Assembly: GCF_036971445.1 (NCBI RefSeq)
Contig: NC_091471.1
Coordinates: 114,328,001-114,392,000, forward strand
Direction of reading: 5' to 3'
DNA from: Narcine bancroftii
Taxonomy: Eukaryota
DNA: 64,000 nt
The translations under genes and the position numbers were made by a program. Of the stretch, positions 25,951-38,600 are shown one piece after another. Position 1 is the stretch's first letter, and the number at the start of each line of letters is the position of its first letter. The notes under the pieces were generated by a model. It searched no databases and had not been told where the DNA came from. It saw nothing but the letters and a program-made list of their open reading frames with translations.

Positions 25951-26464
25951 AAAAAGCGAGGGGGAGGCGGCGGCCCCAGCCTCGGCAGAGTGAGGCAGGC
26001 GGAGGCCCCGGTCCGGGCAGAAGCGAGGGGGAGGTGGTGGCCCCGGTCCGGGCACAGGGAAGGCGGCGGCGGCCCTGGCCCTGGTCCGGGCAGAAAGAAG
26101 GAGGCGGTGGCCCCGGTCTGGGCAGAGGGTAGGCGGCGGCGGACCCGGCCCCAGTCTGAGCAGAAGGTAGGTGGCGGCGGCCCTGATCCGGGCAAAAGCG
26201 AGGGGGAGGCGACGGCCCCGGCCTCAGTAGAGTGAAGCAGGCGGAGGCCCCGGTCCAGGCAGAAAGAGGGAGGCGGTGGCCCCAGTCCGGGCAGAGGGTA
26301 GGCCGTGGTGGCCCCGATCTGGGCAAAAGCGAGGTGGAGTCGGCGGCCCCGGCCTCGGTAGAGTGAAGCAGGTGGAGGCCCCAGTCCTGGCAGAAAGAAG
26401 GAGGTGGCAGCCCTGGTCCGGGCACAGGGAAGGCGGCGACGGCCCCGGCCCAGTCCGAGCAGAA
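25951..26464 (+). repeat. GC-rich minisatellite (about 15 units of 32-38 bp) in the RTE 5' UTR
   Basis: Recurring unit GCAG(purine-rich)GGCGGYGGCCCCGGTCCGG, ending just before the ATG at 26467. Confidence 0.9.
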
Positions 26465-26466
26465 CC

Positions 26467-29400
26467 ATGGGTGTAAAGGGTGGGGCCAGTACTGTGCACA
26501 CTGCACTCCACCTTAAAGCTCCTTTGCACAGGCCCGAGGACAGTCCACGTCCTCCCCCTCCATGTCCTCCCCCTCAAAAGATGCTCACAAACTCAAGCTA
26601 GCATGCTGGAACATCAGAACCATGCTAGACAAGGCTGACAGCCACCGACCTGAACGTCGGTCTGTCCTCATCGCACATGAACTCCTCAGACTTGACATCG
26701 ACATAGCCACTCTCAGTGAAGTCTGCCTTGCAGATGTAGGCAGCCTCCAAGAACGTGGCGCGGGCTACACACTCTACTGGTCTGGCAAGCCTATGGATGA
26801 ATGACGCCTATCTGGTGTTGGCTTCATGGTCAAGAACTCCATTGCCTCCAAACTCGAAAACCTCCCGACAGGCCACTCGGACCGGATAATGTCCATGCGA
26901 CTCCCCCTTCAAAACAAGCGTCGCATCACCCTCATCAGTGTCTATGCTTCAACCCTCCAGGCGGAACCAGCAGAAAAGGACAAGTTCTACAGTGATCTGC
27001 GCAACCTCATTCAACGCACCCCTACAGCCGACAAGGTTGTCATTCTTGGCGACTTCAACGCTCGCGTCGGCAAAGACTCAGAAACCTGGCCAGGAATCCT
27101 GGGCAAGCATGGTGTCGGCAAGTGCAACGACAACGGGCGCCTCCTGTTGGAGCTCTGCGCAGAACAGCGGCTTGTCATTACAAACACCCTTTTTCAGCAG
27201 AGGGACAGCCTGAAGACCACCTGGATGCATCCCCGATCCAAACACTGGCACCTCCTGTTCTACGTCCTGGTGCGAGAAAGAGACAAACGAGATGTGCCCA
27301 CACCGGAGTCATGCCCAGCGTGGAATGCCACACTGACCACCGGCTGGTTCGCTGCAAGTTCAACCTTCACTTCAAGCCAAAGTCCAGGAACAGTAAAGCC
27401 CCCAGAAAGAGGTTCAATGTTGGAAACTTGCAGTCAGACGAAGTGAGAGGAAACTTCCAGGCAAACCTCAAAGCAAAGCTCGAAGATGCAATCCGCTCAT
27501 GGACTCGTCCCCTGAAACCCTCTGGGATCAGCTGAAGACTACCATACTGCAATCCACTGAAGAGGTACTGGGCTTCTTCTCCAGGAAAAACAAGGACTTG
27601 TTCGATGAAAACAACCAGGAAATCCAGGAGCTGCTGGCAAAGAAGCGAGCTGCCCACCAGGCTCACCTTGCAAAGCCATCCTGGCCTGAGAAGAAACGAG
27701 CCTTCCTTCGCGCATGCAGCCATCTTCAGTGCAAACTCCGGGAAATCCAAAATGAATGGAGGACTATCCTCGCCAAACGAACCCAGCTTAGCGCCGACAT
27801 TGGCGACTTCAGGGGTTTTTACGAGGCTCTAAAGGCTGTGTACAGCCCCTCACCCCAAGTCCAAAGCCCGCTGCGCAGCTCAGACGACAAAGTCCTCCTC
27901 AGTGACAAGATCTCCATCCTCAACCGATGGTCAGAATACTTCCAATCTCTTTTCAGTGCCAACTGCTCAGTCCAAGAATCCGCCCTGCTCCAGCTCCCTC
28001 AACAGCCCTTAAGGCTAGAGCTGGATGAGGTCCTCACCCGGGAAGAGACATAAAAGACAATTGAACAACTGAAAAGTGGCAAAGCAGCAGATATGGATGG
28101 AATCCCCCCACCCCCCAGAGGTCTGGAAGGCTGGCGGCAAAACTCTGCATGCCAAACTGCATGAGTTTTTCAAGCACTGCTGGGACCAAGGAAAGCTGCC
28201 TCAGGACCTTCGTGATGCCATCATCATCACCCTGTACAAAAACAAAGGCAAGAAATCAGGCTGCTCAAACTACAGGGGACTCACGCTGCTCTACATTGCA
28301 AGCAAAATCTTCGCTAGGATTCTCCTAAATAGAATAATACCTAGTGTCGCCGAAAATGTTCTCCCAGAATCACAGTGCGGCTTTCACGCAACAGAGGAAC
28401 TACTGAAATGGTCTTTGCCCTCAGACAGGTCCAAGAAAAGTGCAGAGAACAAAACAAAGGTCTCTACATCACCTTTGTTGACCTCACCAAAGCCTTCGAC
28501 ACCGTGAGTAGGAAATGGCTTTGGCAAATACTAGAGCGTCTCGGATGCCCCCCATGGTTATCCAACTGCACGAAAACCAACAAGGTCGGGTCAGATACAG
28601 CAATGAGCTCTCTGAACCCTTCTCCATTAACAATGGCGTGAAGCAAGGCTACGTTCTCGCACCAACCCTCTTTTCAATCTTCTTCAGCATAATGCTGAAA
28701 CAAGCCATGAAAGACCTCAACAATGAAGACGCTGTTTACATCCAGTACCGCATGGATGGCAGTCTCTTCAATCTGAGGCGCCTGCAAGCTCACACCAAGA
28801 CACAAGAGCAACTTGTCCGTGAACTACACTTTACAGACGTTGCCGCTTTAGTTGCCCATTCAGAGCCAGCTCTTCAGCGCTTGCCGTCCTGTTTTGCGGA
28901 AACTGCCAAAATGTTTGGCCTGGAAGTCAGCCTGAAGAAAACTTAGGTCCTCCATCAGCCAGCTACCCACCATGACTACCAGCACCCCCACATCTCCATC
29001 GGGCACACAAAACTCAAAACGGTCAACCAGCTTACCTATCTCGGCTGCACCATTTCATCGGATGCAAGGATCGACAGCGAGATAGACAACAGACTCGCCA
29101 AGGCAAATAGCGCCTTTGGAAGACTACACAAAAGAGTCTGGAAAAGCAACCAACTGAAAAACCTCACAAAGATTAGCGTATACAGAGCCGTTGTCATACC
29201 CACACTCCTGTTCGGCTCCGAATCATGGGTGCTTTACCGGCATCATCTACGGCTCCTAGAACGCTTCCATCAGCGTTGTCTCCGCTCCATCCTCAACATT
29301 CATTGGAGCGACTTCATCCCTAACATCGAAGTATTCGAGATGGCAGAGGCCGACAGCATCGAGTCCACGCTGCTGAAGATCCAGCTGCGCTGGGTGGGTC

Positions 29401-29768
29401 ACGTCTCCAGAATTGAGGACCATCGCCTTCCCAAGATCGTGTTATATGGCGAGTTCTCCACTGGCCACCGTGACAGAGGTGCACCAAAGAAGAGGTACAA
29501 GGACTGCCTAAAGAAATCTCTTGGTGCCTGCCACATTGACCACCACCAGTGGGCTGATATCGCCTCAAACCGTGCATCTTGGCAGTTCACAGTTCGGCGG
29601 GCAGCAACCTCCTTTGAAGAAGACCGCAGAGCCCACCTCTCTGACAAAAGACAAAGGAGGAAAAACCCAACACCCAACCCCAACCCACCAATTTTCCCCT
29701 GCAACCGCTGCAACCGTGTCTGCCTGTCCTGCATTGGACTTGTCAGCCACAAACGAGCCTGCAGCTGA
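26467..29768 (+). pseudogene. RTE endonuclease-reverse transcriptase ORF with several frameshifts and stops
   Basis: ORF pieces 26562-26804, 26826-27446, 27499-28053, 28076-28507, 28375-28641, 28515-28946 and 29229-29768. Confidence 0.9.
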
Positions 29769-31498
29769 CGTGGACATTTTACCCCCTCCATAAATCTTCG
29801 TCCGCGAAGCCAAGCCAAAGAATTTTCAATCAACATTAGAATACCCTCATCTCAAAGTCTTCTTAAAATCCAAAGTAACATTTCCCCCAGGTACTCCCTG
29901 CATCTCACATTCTCCATCAATTTCAGCAAATCAGCAAGCATATTATTCCTTCATAAATCTTCTTAAACATACATTAAGAATGAGTCATTTTATGACTCCC
30001 CCACCCCTGCCTGAACAAGCCTTGCACCAGCAGTTTAGTTCAGTTGCTGCTGTGGAAGCTATTGAGTCGCTCGAGGATCCAATCTAGAACAAATATGGGA
30101 GTGGCCACTTTGTTTCACCGAGGCAGAGGAGAACTTGGCCATTTCAGAGACTAGAACTTGATGAAGCATGCAGACACCAGAAAGATATTCCTGCACGTTC
30201 AGAGACCCATGAAGATGTTAAGTGCATACGTTCCCATGGGTGGAGGTGATCTGAGATCAATGCCCAGAGGGATCCTGGCCCTGCAGCCATGAGACGTGCT
30301 GTGATATCACATGTTCAATCAAGGTAAATGAAAGTATCACCAAATCCCAGCTACCAGCAAACTGTTGAAATATTCACACACCTACCTTTCTCCTCATATG
30401 CATCTCATGCTCTTCAACCATGGTACAAAGGTATTCTCACATATTTTGATACTGCAATGGAGGATTACCTCCAGTCACTGTCTGCAACAGCTGATGGCAG
30501 GGCAACCCTTCCACATCCAGTGGCTCAGCTGGAGCAAAAGGTCCAGGTGATCAAGGGTTCCAGTGCAAGATGAGGCAGATCACAGAGATGAGGGGGATGG
30601 TATGCTCAATTTCCATCTGCCTTCACTTTCAGCTTCTCCCTCACCTCCCAATCTCTTAGTGTTCCAGCACTTAGATGGTTCAAGCAGGCCTCTGTAGTAT
30701 GGTTCTTCCAATGAACAAACAAATACTCTTCTCATTCTAGTCAATAATGTGATTGAAGTGATTAGGCCCTTGCACTGGAACCACAGAATGCAGAAAGAGA
30801 ACGGCATTCATCAGCCTTGGACTGGGTCTTGTTTGTGGAGTAGAGGATAGTTCAGATCTGGGTTCTGTACATGGTGAGTCATTAGGGACAGATGTGTTAT
30901 ATTCGGGGAGAGGAAAAGGGTAGATCGTGATGTAACAGAAGATCTCTTCTGCTCCAGATGATTCATATGAGGACTTTGATGAGTAGCCCATGGAGGTAAT
31001 TAATGAGAAACTACATTGAGAATCTTGCAACAAAAACTGACAGGGTTAAGGAGCATTGATGGGTTTGGCTCCAACCTTTGTATCGATCCTAGTAGTCAAG
31101 CTTCCCATCAGAAAGGTGGTAGCCAGCAGTATGTTAAGGATCCAGCCATGACCATAGCAGCCACTGCAGTTCAGGCAGAACATAGACAGTGTATGTGTGC
31201 TGCAATGGATCCACTGCTGTCATCATCATGGCTCTTAGTTCCACCATGGACTGGGTTTTTGAGGCAAGAAAGGCAATACTAAATCTGCCCATCCAGTAGA
31301 TTGCTAGGACAGCTGATACCTGTACTTGGGCTCATGCTTATTTTCCTCTGAGACGGTTAAACAATTGTCTTCCTGATCCAGTGTCCCACTTGTCCTTGGG
31401 GAAATCAAACACTGCTGTTTTGGACAAAGTACTGACATTGTGAATGAGCAGGAACCAGGAAAAAGAAGGTGTACTATATAGTTAGATGGCTTCCACAT

Positions 31499-32388
31499 CT
31501 CTTCTTCTTTTCTTCTTCTTTGGCTTGGCTTCGCGGATGAAGATTTATGGAGGGGTAATGTCCACGTGAGCTGCAGGCTCGTTTGTGGCTGACAAATCTG
31601 ATGCGGGACAGGCAGACACAGTTGCAGCGGTTGCAAGGGAAAATTGGTTGGTTGGGGTTGGGTGTTAGGTTTTTCCTCCTTTGTCTATTGTCAGTGAGGT
31701 GAGCTCTGCGGTCTTCTTCAAAGGAGGTTGCTGCCCGCCGAACTGTGAGGCGCCAAGATGCACGGTTTGAGGCGATATCAGCCCACTGGCGGTGGTCAAT
31801 GTGGCAGGCACCAAGAGATTTCTTTAGGCAGTCCTTGTACCTCTTCTTTGGTGCACCTCTGTCTCGGTGGCCAGTAGAGAGCTCGCTATATAACACGATC
31901 TTGGGAAGGCGATGGTCCTCCATTCTGGAGACGTGACCTACCCAGCGCAGTTGGATCTTCAGCAGCGTGGATTTGATGCTGTCGGCCTCTGCCATCTCGA
32001 GTACTTCGATGTTGGAGATGAAGTCGCTCCAATGAATGTTGAGGATGGAGCGGAGACAACACTGGTGGAAGCGTTCTAGGAGCCATAGGTGATGCCGGTA
32101 GAGGACCCATGATTCGGAGCCGAACAGGAGTGTGGGTATGACAACGGCGCTAATCTTTGTGAGGTTTTTCAGTTGGTTGCTTTTCCAGACTCTTTTGTGT
32201 AGTCTTCCAAAGGCGCTATTTGCCTTGGCGAGTGTGTTGTCTATCTCGTTGTCGATCCTTGCATCCGATGAAATGGTGCAGCCGAGATAGGTAAACTGGT
32301 TGACCGTTTTGAGTTTTGTGTTCCCCATGGAGATGTGGGGGGGCTGGTAGTCATGGTGGGGAGCTGGCTGTTGGAGGACCTCATGACC
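31499..32388 (-). mobile_element. 5'-truncated RTE copy of the same family
   Basis: Closely matches about 28945-29820; (AAG)n tail; perfect 13-bp TSD ATGGCTTCCACAT at 31486-31498 and 32389-32401. Confidence 0.95.
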
Positions 32389-32719
32389 ATGGCTTCCACA
32401 TAACTCATATGTAATTACCACAGCAATGTCCAACCTTGCTTTTCCTGGTGATACAGGCTGAGACATCCCTTTGAGATGGGAGGAAGTTTTTGTGAGTTGC
32501 TACTATTGAATTTGAAAGTGGTACACATTTCAGGCATGGAGCCAGTGATTCATTAGTTGGACCAGCAACAGGCCATTTAGTGCGGAATGGGGTGCAGCAT
32601 TCTTTACACTATTGAAAGCTTCCCTAAAAAGTCCAAAAGTTGGAATTTCATTGTGAAGGCCTTGGAGGATGCATGGTTTGGGGGATCGTGACTTTCACCT
32701 CTATGGCCAGAAGGGTTCA

Positions 32720-33334
32720 GGCACATGTAGAGGTTCTATCTCTATGTAGTGTTGCACAATGACCTGGACATTTCCACAAAACCTATCATTTGTGAAAGGT
32801 TCTTCATGTCCATCAAGAGATGGTCAGCACAGAACATTTTGCAGGCACTGTGGGATAAAGACACACTGGATCTTGTGGCATGTTTCCTTGTGCAGACTGT
32901 CCAAATCATTTGGCAAAATACCTCATCACCAGAACTCACCAACAAATACCAAGACCTTGCTTGGCATGGTGGAGAGAGAGGCATCCTATGTCACATCCTT
33001 CCTGTCTGGTCAGAATCCCATTCCAAAGGCATTCGCAAAGGTTGCAATGAGAGGAGACAGTTGAAAAGAAGATTAGAGCAGAATACAAACTGCCTTGGCC
33101 TAGTTCCCCTTGAGTAGCCACTTATTAGATCTCAGATCCATGCGCTGTTCACAAGATCACATACATATGAACAAGTGCTGCTGAAAGATAATCAATTCAG
33201 TGAGAAATGCTCTGTGCTTTGTCTGAAACATTTTGATCTTCCAGTACATAAGGGACATTCAGGCTACAGGAATACATATTGAGTAGCTTACTGAAGCTCA
33301 GTGCAACCAACCCAAAGGCTTTGTGGAGAAGGAA
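32720..33334 (+). mobile_element. Old Tx1/L1-clade LINE ORF2 C-terminal fragment
   Basis: WSAQNILQAL...IIWQNTSSPELTNKYQDLAW resembles the zf-RVT region of Tx1-like elements. Confidence 0.6.
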
Positions 33335-34311
33335 TGTAGTGTTATGGGTTATATTATATTTTATATTATATACAAATGTCTTTAAAAGAGATAGATTGTG
33401 GGGGTTTAGTGTAGGTCACTTCACAAAGACATTTCATTTGAAATGCAAGAGCTATGCATGAGCAGAGACTTCATGTCCACAGTGACTTAACATAAACTTG
33501 GAAGAATGGCTATAGAGACTTCACAAGTAGGTGTTAATTGGACTGATGTTGTGGAATAAATGGACTGTTGTCTTTAAAGCAACAGATGTCCAGGCTCAGA
33601 AACTGATTCTGGTGCCAGCATTCTGTCTGGTTGCAGTTTTATTAGGCGCACATGGTTTGCAAACAGAGAGAGAAAAACATGAGAGAGAGAGAGAGAGAGA
33701 GAAGTCAATTTTTTAGTAGCTTTTGGAGGCTGCAATATGGCAAGCCGGCAGGCTTGTTGAAACCCCTATTTTGAAGACGGGTTGTGAGTCCTGAGTTCAG
33801 TCTATTGAAAACCCTTGAAGTCCTTATAAGAGGACATGGCTGGCTATACTGTTTCTCCTGAATTAAGGGAAACAAGAGGAACCCTGAGGTGACCTGGAAG
33901 AAGAGGTTATCATTTGGAAAACCCATGATGGGACAAGTTTCTTCAGCAAGATACTGATCGGCGGAAATCAGCTTGTGTGTGTCCAACAAGCAACAAATCT
34001 CTCTCCGAAACCAACAGGAACCTTCCTGAGTGGTAACCACTTACCTTTAAGCACCAGAGTCTGGTGAAAATTCATAAATGTTAAATTCTGTGAACAGTAT
34101 AAGAATTGCCTGATACCAGTGAACTTGAAGGAGTGAGAAGTGAATGATTGGACTATTAAAGCAAAGAACTTTCCTGAACGTACATACATTACACACACGT
34201 GCACTTAGAATTAGAAGGGGGTTAAGTTACTATTAATAAGTTAAAGTTTGATCCTGTTTTTATATTTAAAGAAAATTAAAAGTAACTTTTGTTTCAGTAA
34301 CTATTTGTCTT
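33335..34311. repeat. Probable LTR-like interspersed repeat (truncated) with a (GA)n tract
   Basis: Begins abruptly with TGTAGTG, is non-coding and ends at the hAT boundary; no partner or TSD found. Confidence 0.3.
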
Positions 34312-35496
34312 GCAGAAATATTCCTTTGGCATAATTCTAGAAATGTCATGAATCCAAATATGTTTGTTTTTGCATCAACAAGCATCATATTTTCTACTTG
34401 GAGTTGCTTGTTCAATGTACTTATTTTCTCAAAAATGTCCATCAAGTAACTCACATAAGCTTTGCCATCTCTTGTTAGCAAGCCCTTCATTTCAGGTTTG
34501 TCCTTCAAAATCTCACTGAGGAGATCAAACAATTCCATAAACTTTTTGAAGCAGTTTCCCTTTGACAACCACATTACTTCAGTGTGAAACAATAATCATA
34601 CATGTTCTGCATTTTTATCGACACAAAACAGACGTTCAATTTGACATTAGCTTTGATGGCAACTGAGTTTTCTCAGTGGATAACGCAATGCACAACCAAC
34701 ATGTTTGGATTTTCATCCTTCATTAATTTTAAACATCCTGTTTTTTAACCCATCATAGCAGATGCACCATCTGCAGCACAAGATACAATGTTTCCTTTTG
34801 GTATTTCATTTTCATCCAAATACTTTTTGAGCTTGCTGTAGATATCAACTGCAGAAGTGATTGTTTCTAATGGTTCACAAAACAATATCTCTTCTTGAAA
34901 CTCTTCCTGATCAATATATCTCACGTATGCCAATAACAGACCCTCACTGTACCGTATGATAGATTTATCCAGTTGTATTGAGAACTTTAATGATTTCAAC
35001 ATCTCAATAAACTGTTTTTTCAACATCTTGACCCACATCATATATTCTGTTGCAGACAGTGCTATTACTCAATGGCCTTGCTTGGACATCTTTGTCATCC
35101 TTTTACAGAACTGTTTTAAGAAACAATGATATTGCAAGTTTAATCAGTTCCTCCTCAATTGTATGATTCTTCCCATGTTTTGCTATCAGCAGAGAAATTT
35201 CATAACTAGCTTCAAAAGTACGATTTAGGGCTGTAGTTTGCGCAGCGAATAATGAAGTAATTTTGGATCTATTTTTAAACTTCTCTTTCAGTGATTTAAG
35301 ATATTTCAATTTTGAATTGACATGGTTTTACCCTCAAACAAGCTTCAAGATGGCCTGCTTTCATTGATTCAATTGTCAAAGTCTGTTGGCACAATAGGCA
35401 AAAAAGTGCACGTTCATCATGTACAGCAGGTATAAACCCAAACTTCAAGAACTCGACTGAATATTGATGAACCTTTTGCTTGGTTGGTCTGCTCAT
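34312..35496 (-). pseudogene. Charlie/Buster-type hAT transposase relic
   Basis: QYSVEFLKFGF..CLLCQQTL..SMK (BED finger), ASYEISLLIAKHGKNHTI, FSIQLD..LLLAYVRYI, CAADGASAMMG, HTEVMWLSKG. Confidence 0.9.
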
Positions 35497-36239
35497 TTTG
35501 AATATACAACAGGGCAAGCTCCAGAAACAGATTAATCAATATTTTATTATGTCTTAAAATTGAAAAATGTAATAAAAGTAATGATCGAATCACAGGAAGA
35601 ATACTGACCCTAAAAAAAAAGAAAAAAAACATTAACGTGGTTTCTGGCATTTTTATTCTCACAGAGAGTGCATCAAAACTGCACTAGCCTCGTGCTTTAC
35701 TTTCTGGGGTTCCTATTTTTTTCAGATTTGGGTGTCCCCCTCACGCTGGCATCTGGGGTGGACTCCCCTCCTCCCCCATCAATACACTTGTGCCCAAAGA
35801 TACATACAGATACAGGTCAAACTCACTATTGAGCTGGAAAAGTAAAAGGATATGGACAGAGACATGATTGTTCAGATAATTTGGATCCTTGTTGCCAAGG
35901 AGATCATTTAGAATGGATGATAATAAGACCAGTCATAAAAAATATAGTTATAATGTTAACCAAGGATGACAACAGTTAAAATAAGAGAAACAGCAAAGAA
36001 ACATCAGAAGAGCAAAAACACATTATGAAAATAAAAAGAACAAAGTGATTTTACTTGGAAGTTATCACAATTATGTTGTACCGACAGTGTTGTCAGGTCA
36101 CATCTTTCACGTCAATATAACGAGTTTATTTTTTCAAGCCAACTTTTTAATTATTTCCCAAAATATTCCTACGCCACACCAAAATATTCTTAAGCCCCTC
36201 GCCCCACCAAAACATTTCCACTTCCCACCTTGAGAATCT

Positions 36240-37290
36240 ATGTTTTATGTACTGTTGAGTTCTTCTCAATGTAGGCAAAGAAGGTGTTCAGCTCATCAGG
36301 TAGTGAAGCATCATAGCCATTTATGGGGTTCACCCTCTCTTTGTAGGATGCAATGGCCTGCAATCCCTGCCTTAGCTGGCAAGTATCTGTCTCTGTCTCT
36401 AGCTTTCTCCTGAATTGCTTCTTTATTGCTGAGATAGCCTTCCACAGGGGGTACTTGGTCTTCTTGTAGTCATTTGGATCATCGTATTTAAACATCCTGG
36501 ATCTTGCCCTCAGCAGGTTGCGAATCTCTGATTCATCCAAGGCTTCTGGTTGAGGAACTCCTCGTATGTGCACAAGGGCACACATTCATCCTCGCAGGTC
36601 TTGATAAAGTTGGTGACACATGTTGCCTATTCATTCAGTGCTGAGGATGAGTCTTTGAATATGGTCCAGTCCATCGATTCAAAGCAATCCTGCAGGCGCT
36701 CCTTCCTGTCCCTCAACCATATTCTCACTGTCTTCACCACTGATACCATAGACTCTGCTTGTATGCCAGAAGTAGAAGTACAGCCAGGTGATTGTTCTTA
36801 CCGAAGTGTGGTTGTTGGATGAATTGATAGACATTCTTCATGGTGGTGTAGTAGTGATCGAATATGTTGGCTCTTATGGTTTTATAAGTGCTGGTGGTAA
36901 TTCCTGATTTAAATCCCCTATAATATGTGGTATCTTGGCTGCTGACCACAGTGCTCAGTGCCTTCAGTGCTAGCTGAGGCAGAATGTACACCATGACCAG
37001 GATAATGGTGGTGGACTCCCTTGGCAAATAAAATAGGTGGCACTTGATCACCAGATGTTCCACATTGAGAGAGCAGGTCTGGGACATAACCATCATATTT
37101 GTGCACCACGTTGAATTGATGATGTCACAAACACCGCCTCCCTTTGTTTTTCTGACCTGTTGGAGGGTGTAGCCCACAGGCTTGAGCACCATGTCTGGAA
37201 TGTGCTTCTGTGAAGCACATCACACAGCACTCCCTCATGTCCCTTGAGTGGATGCTGAGGGCAAGAATAGATGCACAAGCCCTGAAGTCT
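36240..37290 (-). mobile_element. Rex1/Babar LINE fragment (endonuclease to linker)
   Basis: KTKGGGVC..INSTWCTN, CSLNVEHLVIKCHLFYLPRE, ASLPDELNTFFA. Confidence 0.85.
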
Positions 37291-37299
37291 TCCTGATTA

Positions 37300-37557
37300 T
37301 ATTGGAGGTTGGGTTGCCAATGGATTGAATAGGAATCTGTGCAGCTCCAGAGATCGCGGGAGTGCTGGAGGTGAATCTATGGATATTCATCGTCTCTGAA
37401 GGGACTCTCTTTTGCTTTTCTTTCTCTTATTGTTAGGAGAGCTGGGTAATGCTCATGACAATTCTTTATTTGCCTTATCGTGGACAAAAGTTGAAGTAGA
37501 TCATGTATATATTTTTGTATATTGCTCCATGACAATAAAAAGGAACCTTGAACCTGA
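37300..37557 (+). repeat. 3' part of the unclassified repeat seen at 13300-14530
   Basis: Shared gggagtgctggaggtgaatcta...gggact..cttttgctt; tail aataaa..ttgaacctgaa. Confidence 0.55.
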
Positions 37558-37889
37558 AATGTTAAAATAACATTACAATCCTATTACTCTTAACAGCTTT
37601 CTGCAATTTCTCTACATGTTTGCTTCTCTAATTTCTTCTGACTGCTGTGGGGAGGGGACCTTTAGTACAATTGCATCATTATTTCTTGGTTTCATATATT
37701 TGATCTCATTGGATGATTCCCCCAACTGCTATGATATGCTCCCTCATCAAAAGCACAACTTCTACTTCCCTCTAACCTCTATCTCTCACACACCTGTACC
37801 CAGAACATTTTGCTGCCATGTCTGCCCATACATTAGCCATGTTTTTGTAACAGTTATAATGTCCCAAACATAAGTACTAATCAATATTC

Positions 37890-38195
37890 TGAATTCACCT
37901 GTCAGACTCTGGCATTAAAATAAATGCAGTTCAGCTAATTTAATTTTCCTTGCTTCTTTCCTTGTCCTACCTATCCTACCTACTGAACTGGCCCTCTTTA
38001 ACTTGTATATTTGCCTTAATTTCTCACCTGTCACACTATTGCTTTGGGTCCTAACCTCCCACTCCCCACACCACAACAAACCCCCCACCATCCCACCCAA
38101 CTAATTAAAATCCTCCTGAGTAGCAGTAACAAATATCCCATTTAAGTATATTGGTCCTGTTCCAATTCAGGAACAACCAGTTCCTCTTGTACAAC
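37890..38195 (-). mobile_element. Old CR1 fragment around the ORF1/ORF2 junction
   Basis: 38095-38195 resembles 8550-8650. Confidence 0.45.
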
Positions 38196-38600
38196 TGAGA
38201 GGTAATTTTAGATTAAAAGGTTCCTTTGGCCCACCTCCAAGATAATTTAATGTATCCATGCTGCTGATCAGTAATCTTCGTTAGTTGTCACACTAACTAG
38301 AAATACATACACTACCGACAACAAACTGACAGTGAAAGAGCTTCCGAGGCATGGATGCATCAAATAAACCCATATTACATGTACGGATTATTTAATAATT
38401 TTCCACTACCCTCGACTTTCTTAATATTTGCTGGTATTTATTTTTTTAAAAATCCAACTGCTTTTGTCTCAAATTAATTTTTCTTTCCCATCTGGAGAAT
38501 TATTGAAACAATCCACATATTTTATCTAATTCTTATTTTCTTCTCTTTAAAGACATTTCCCCTTTTCCTTTGATTAAAGCCAATCTCCCAATTCTTTCGT

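Larger units (their letters stand above)
25683..29820 (+). mobile_element. Apparently full-length RTE/BovB-like LINE
   Basis: 13-bp TSD AATTGTCAATCAA/AATTTTCAATCAA; APE motifs ACWNIRTM and ILGDFNARVG; RT FVDLTKAFDTV and GVKQG; C-terminal CNRCNRVC..H; 3' end gccaagccaaag. Confidence 0.93.

Noticed and set aside
25951-26464. Repeat array with variable purine-rich segments as a CRISPR-like array
   Set aside because: The variable parts are short, related and recurring; there are no unique spacers or cas genes; the context is a eukaryotic LINE.
25843-26506. 130-216 aa Pro/Gly-rich ORFs on both strands
   Set aside because: Artefacts of a stop-poor GC-rich minisatellite.
31474-32466. 330-aa ORF as a host gene
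   Set aside because: Truncated RTE ORF read through into its flanks; bounded by a TSD.
34312-35496. Domesticated ZBED5/GTF2IRD2-like gene
   Set aside because: Many frameshifts and stops, truncated; an ordinary hAT relic.
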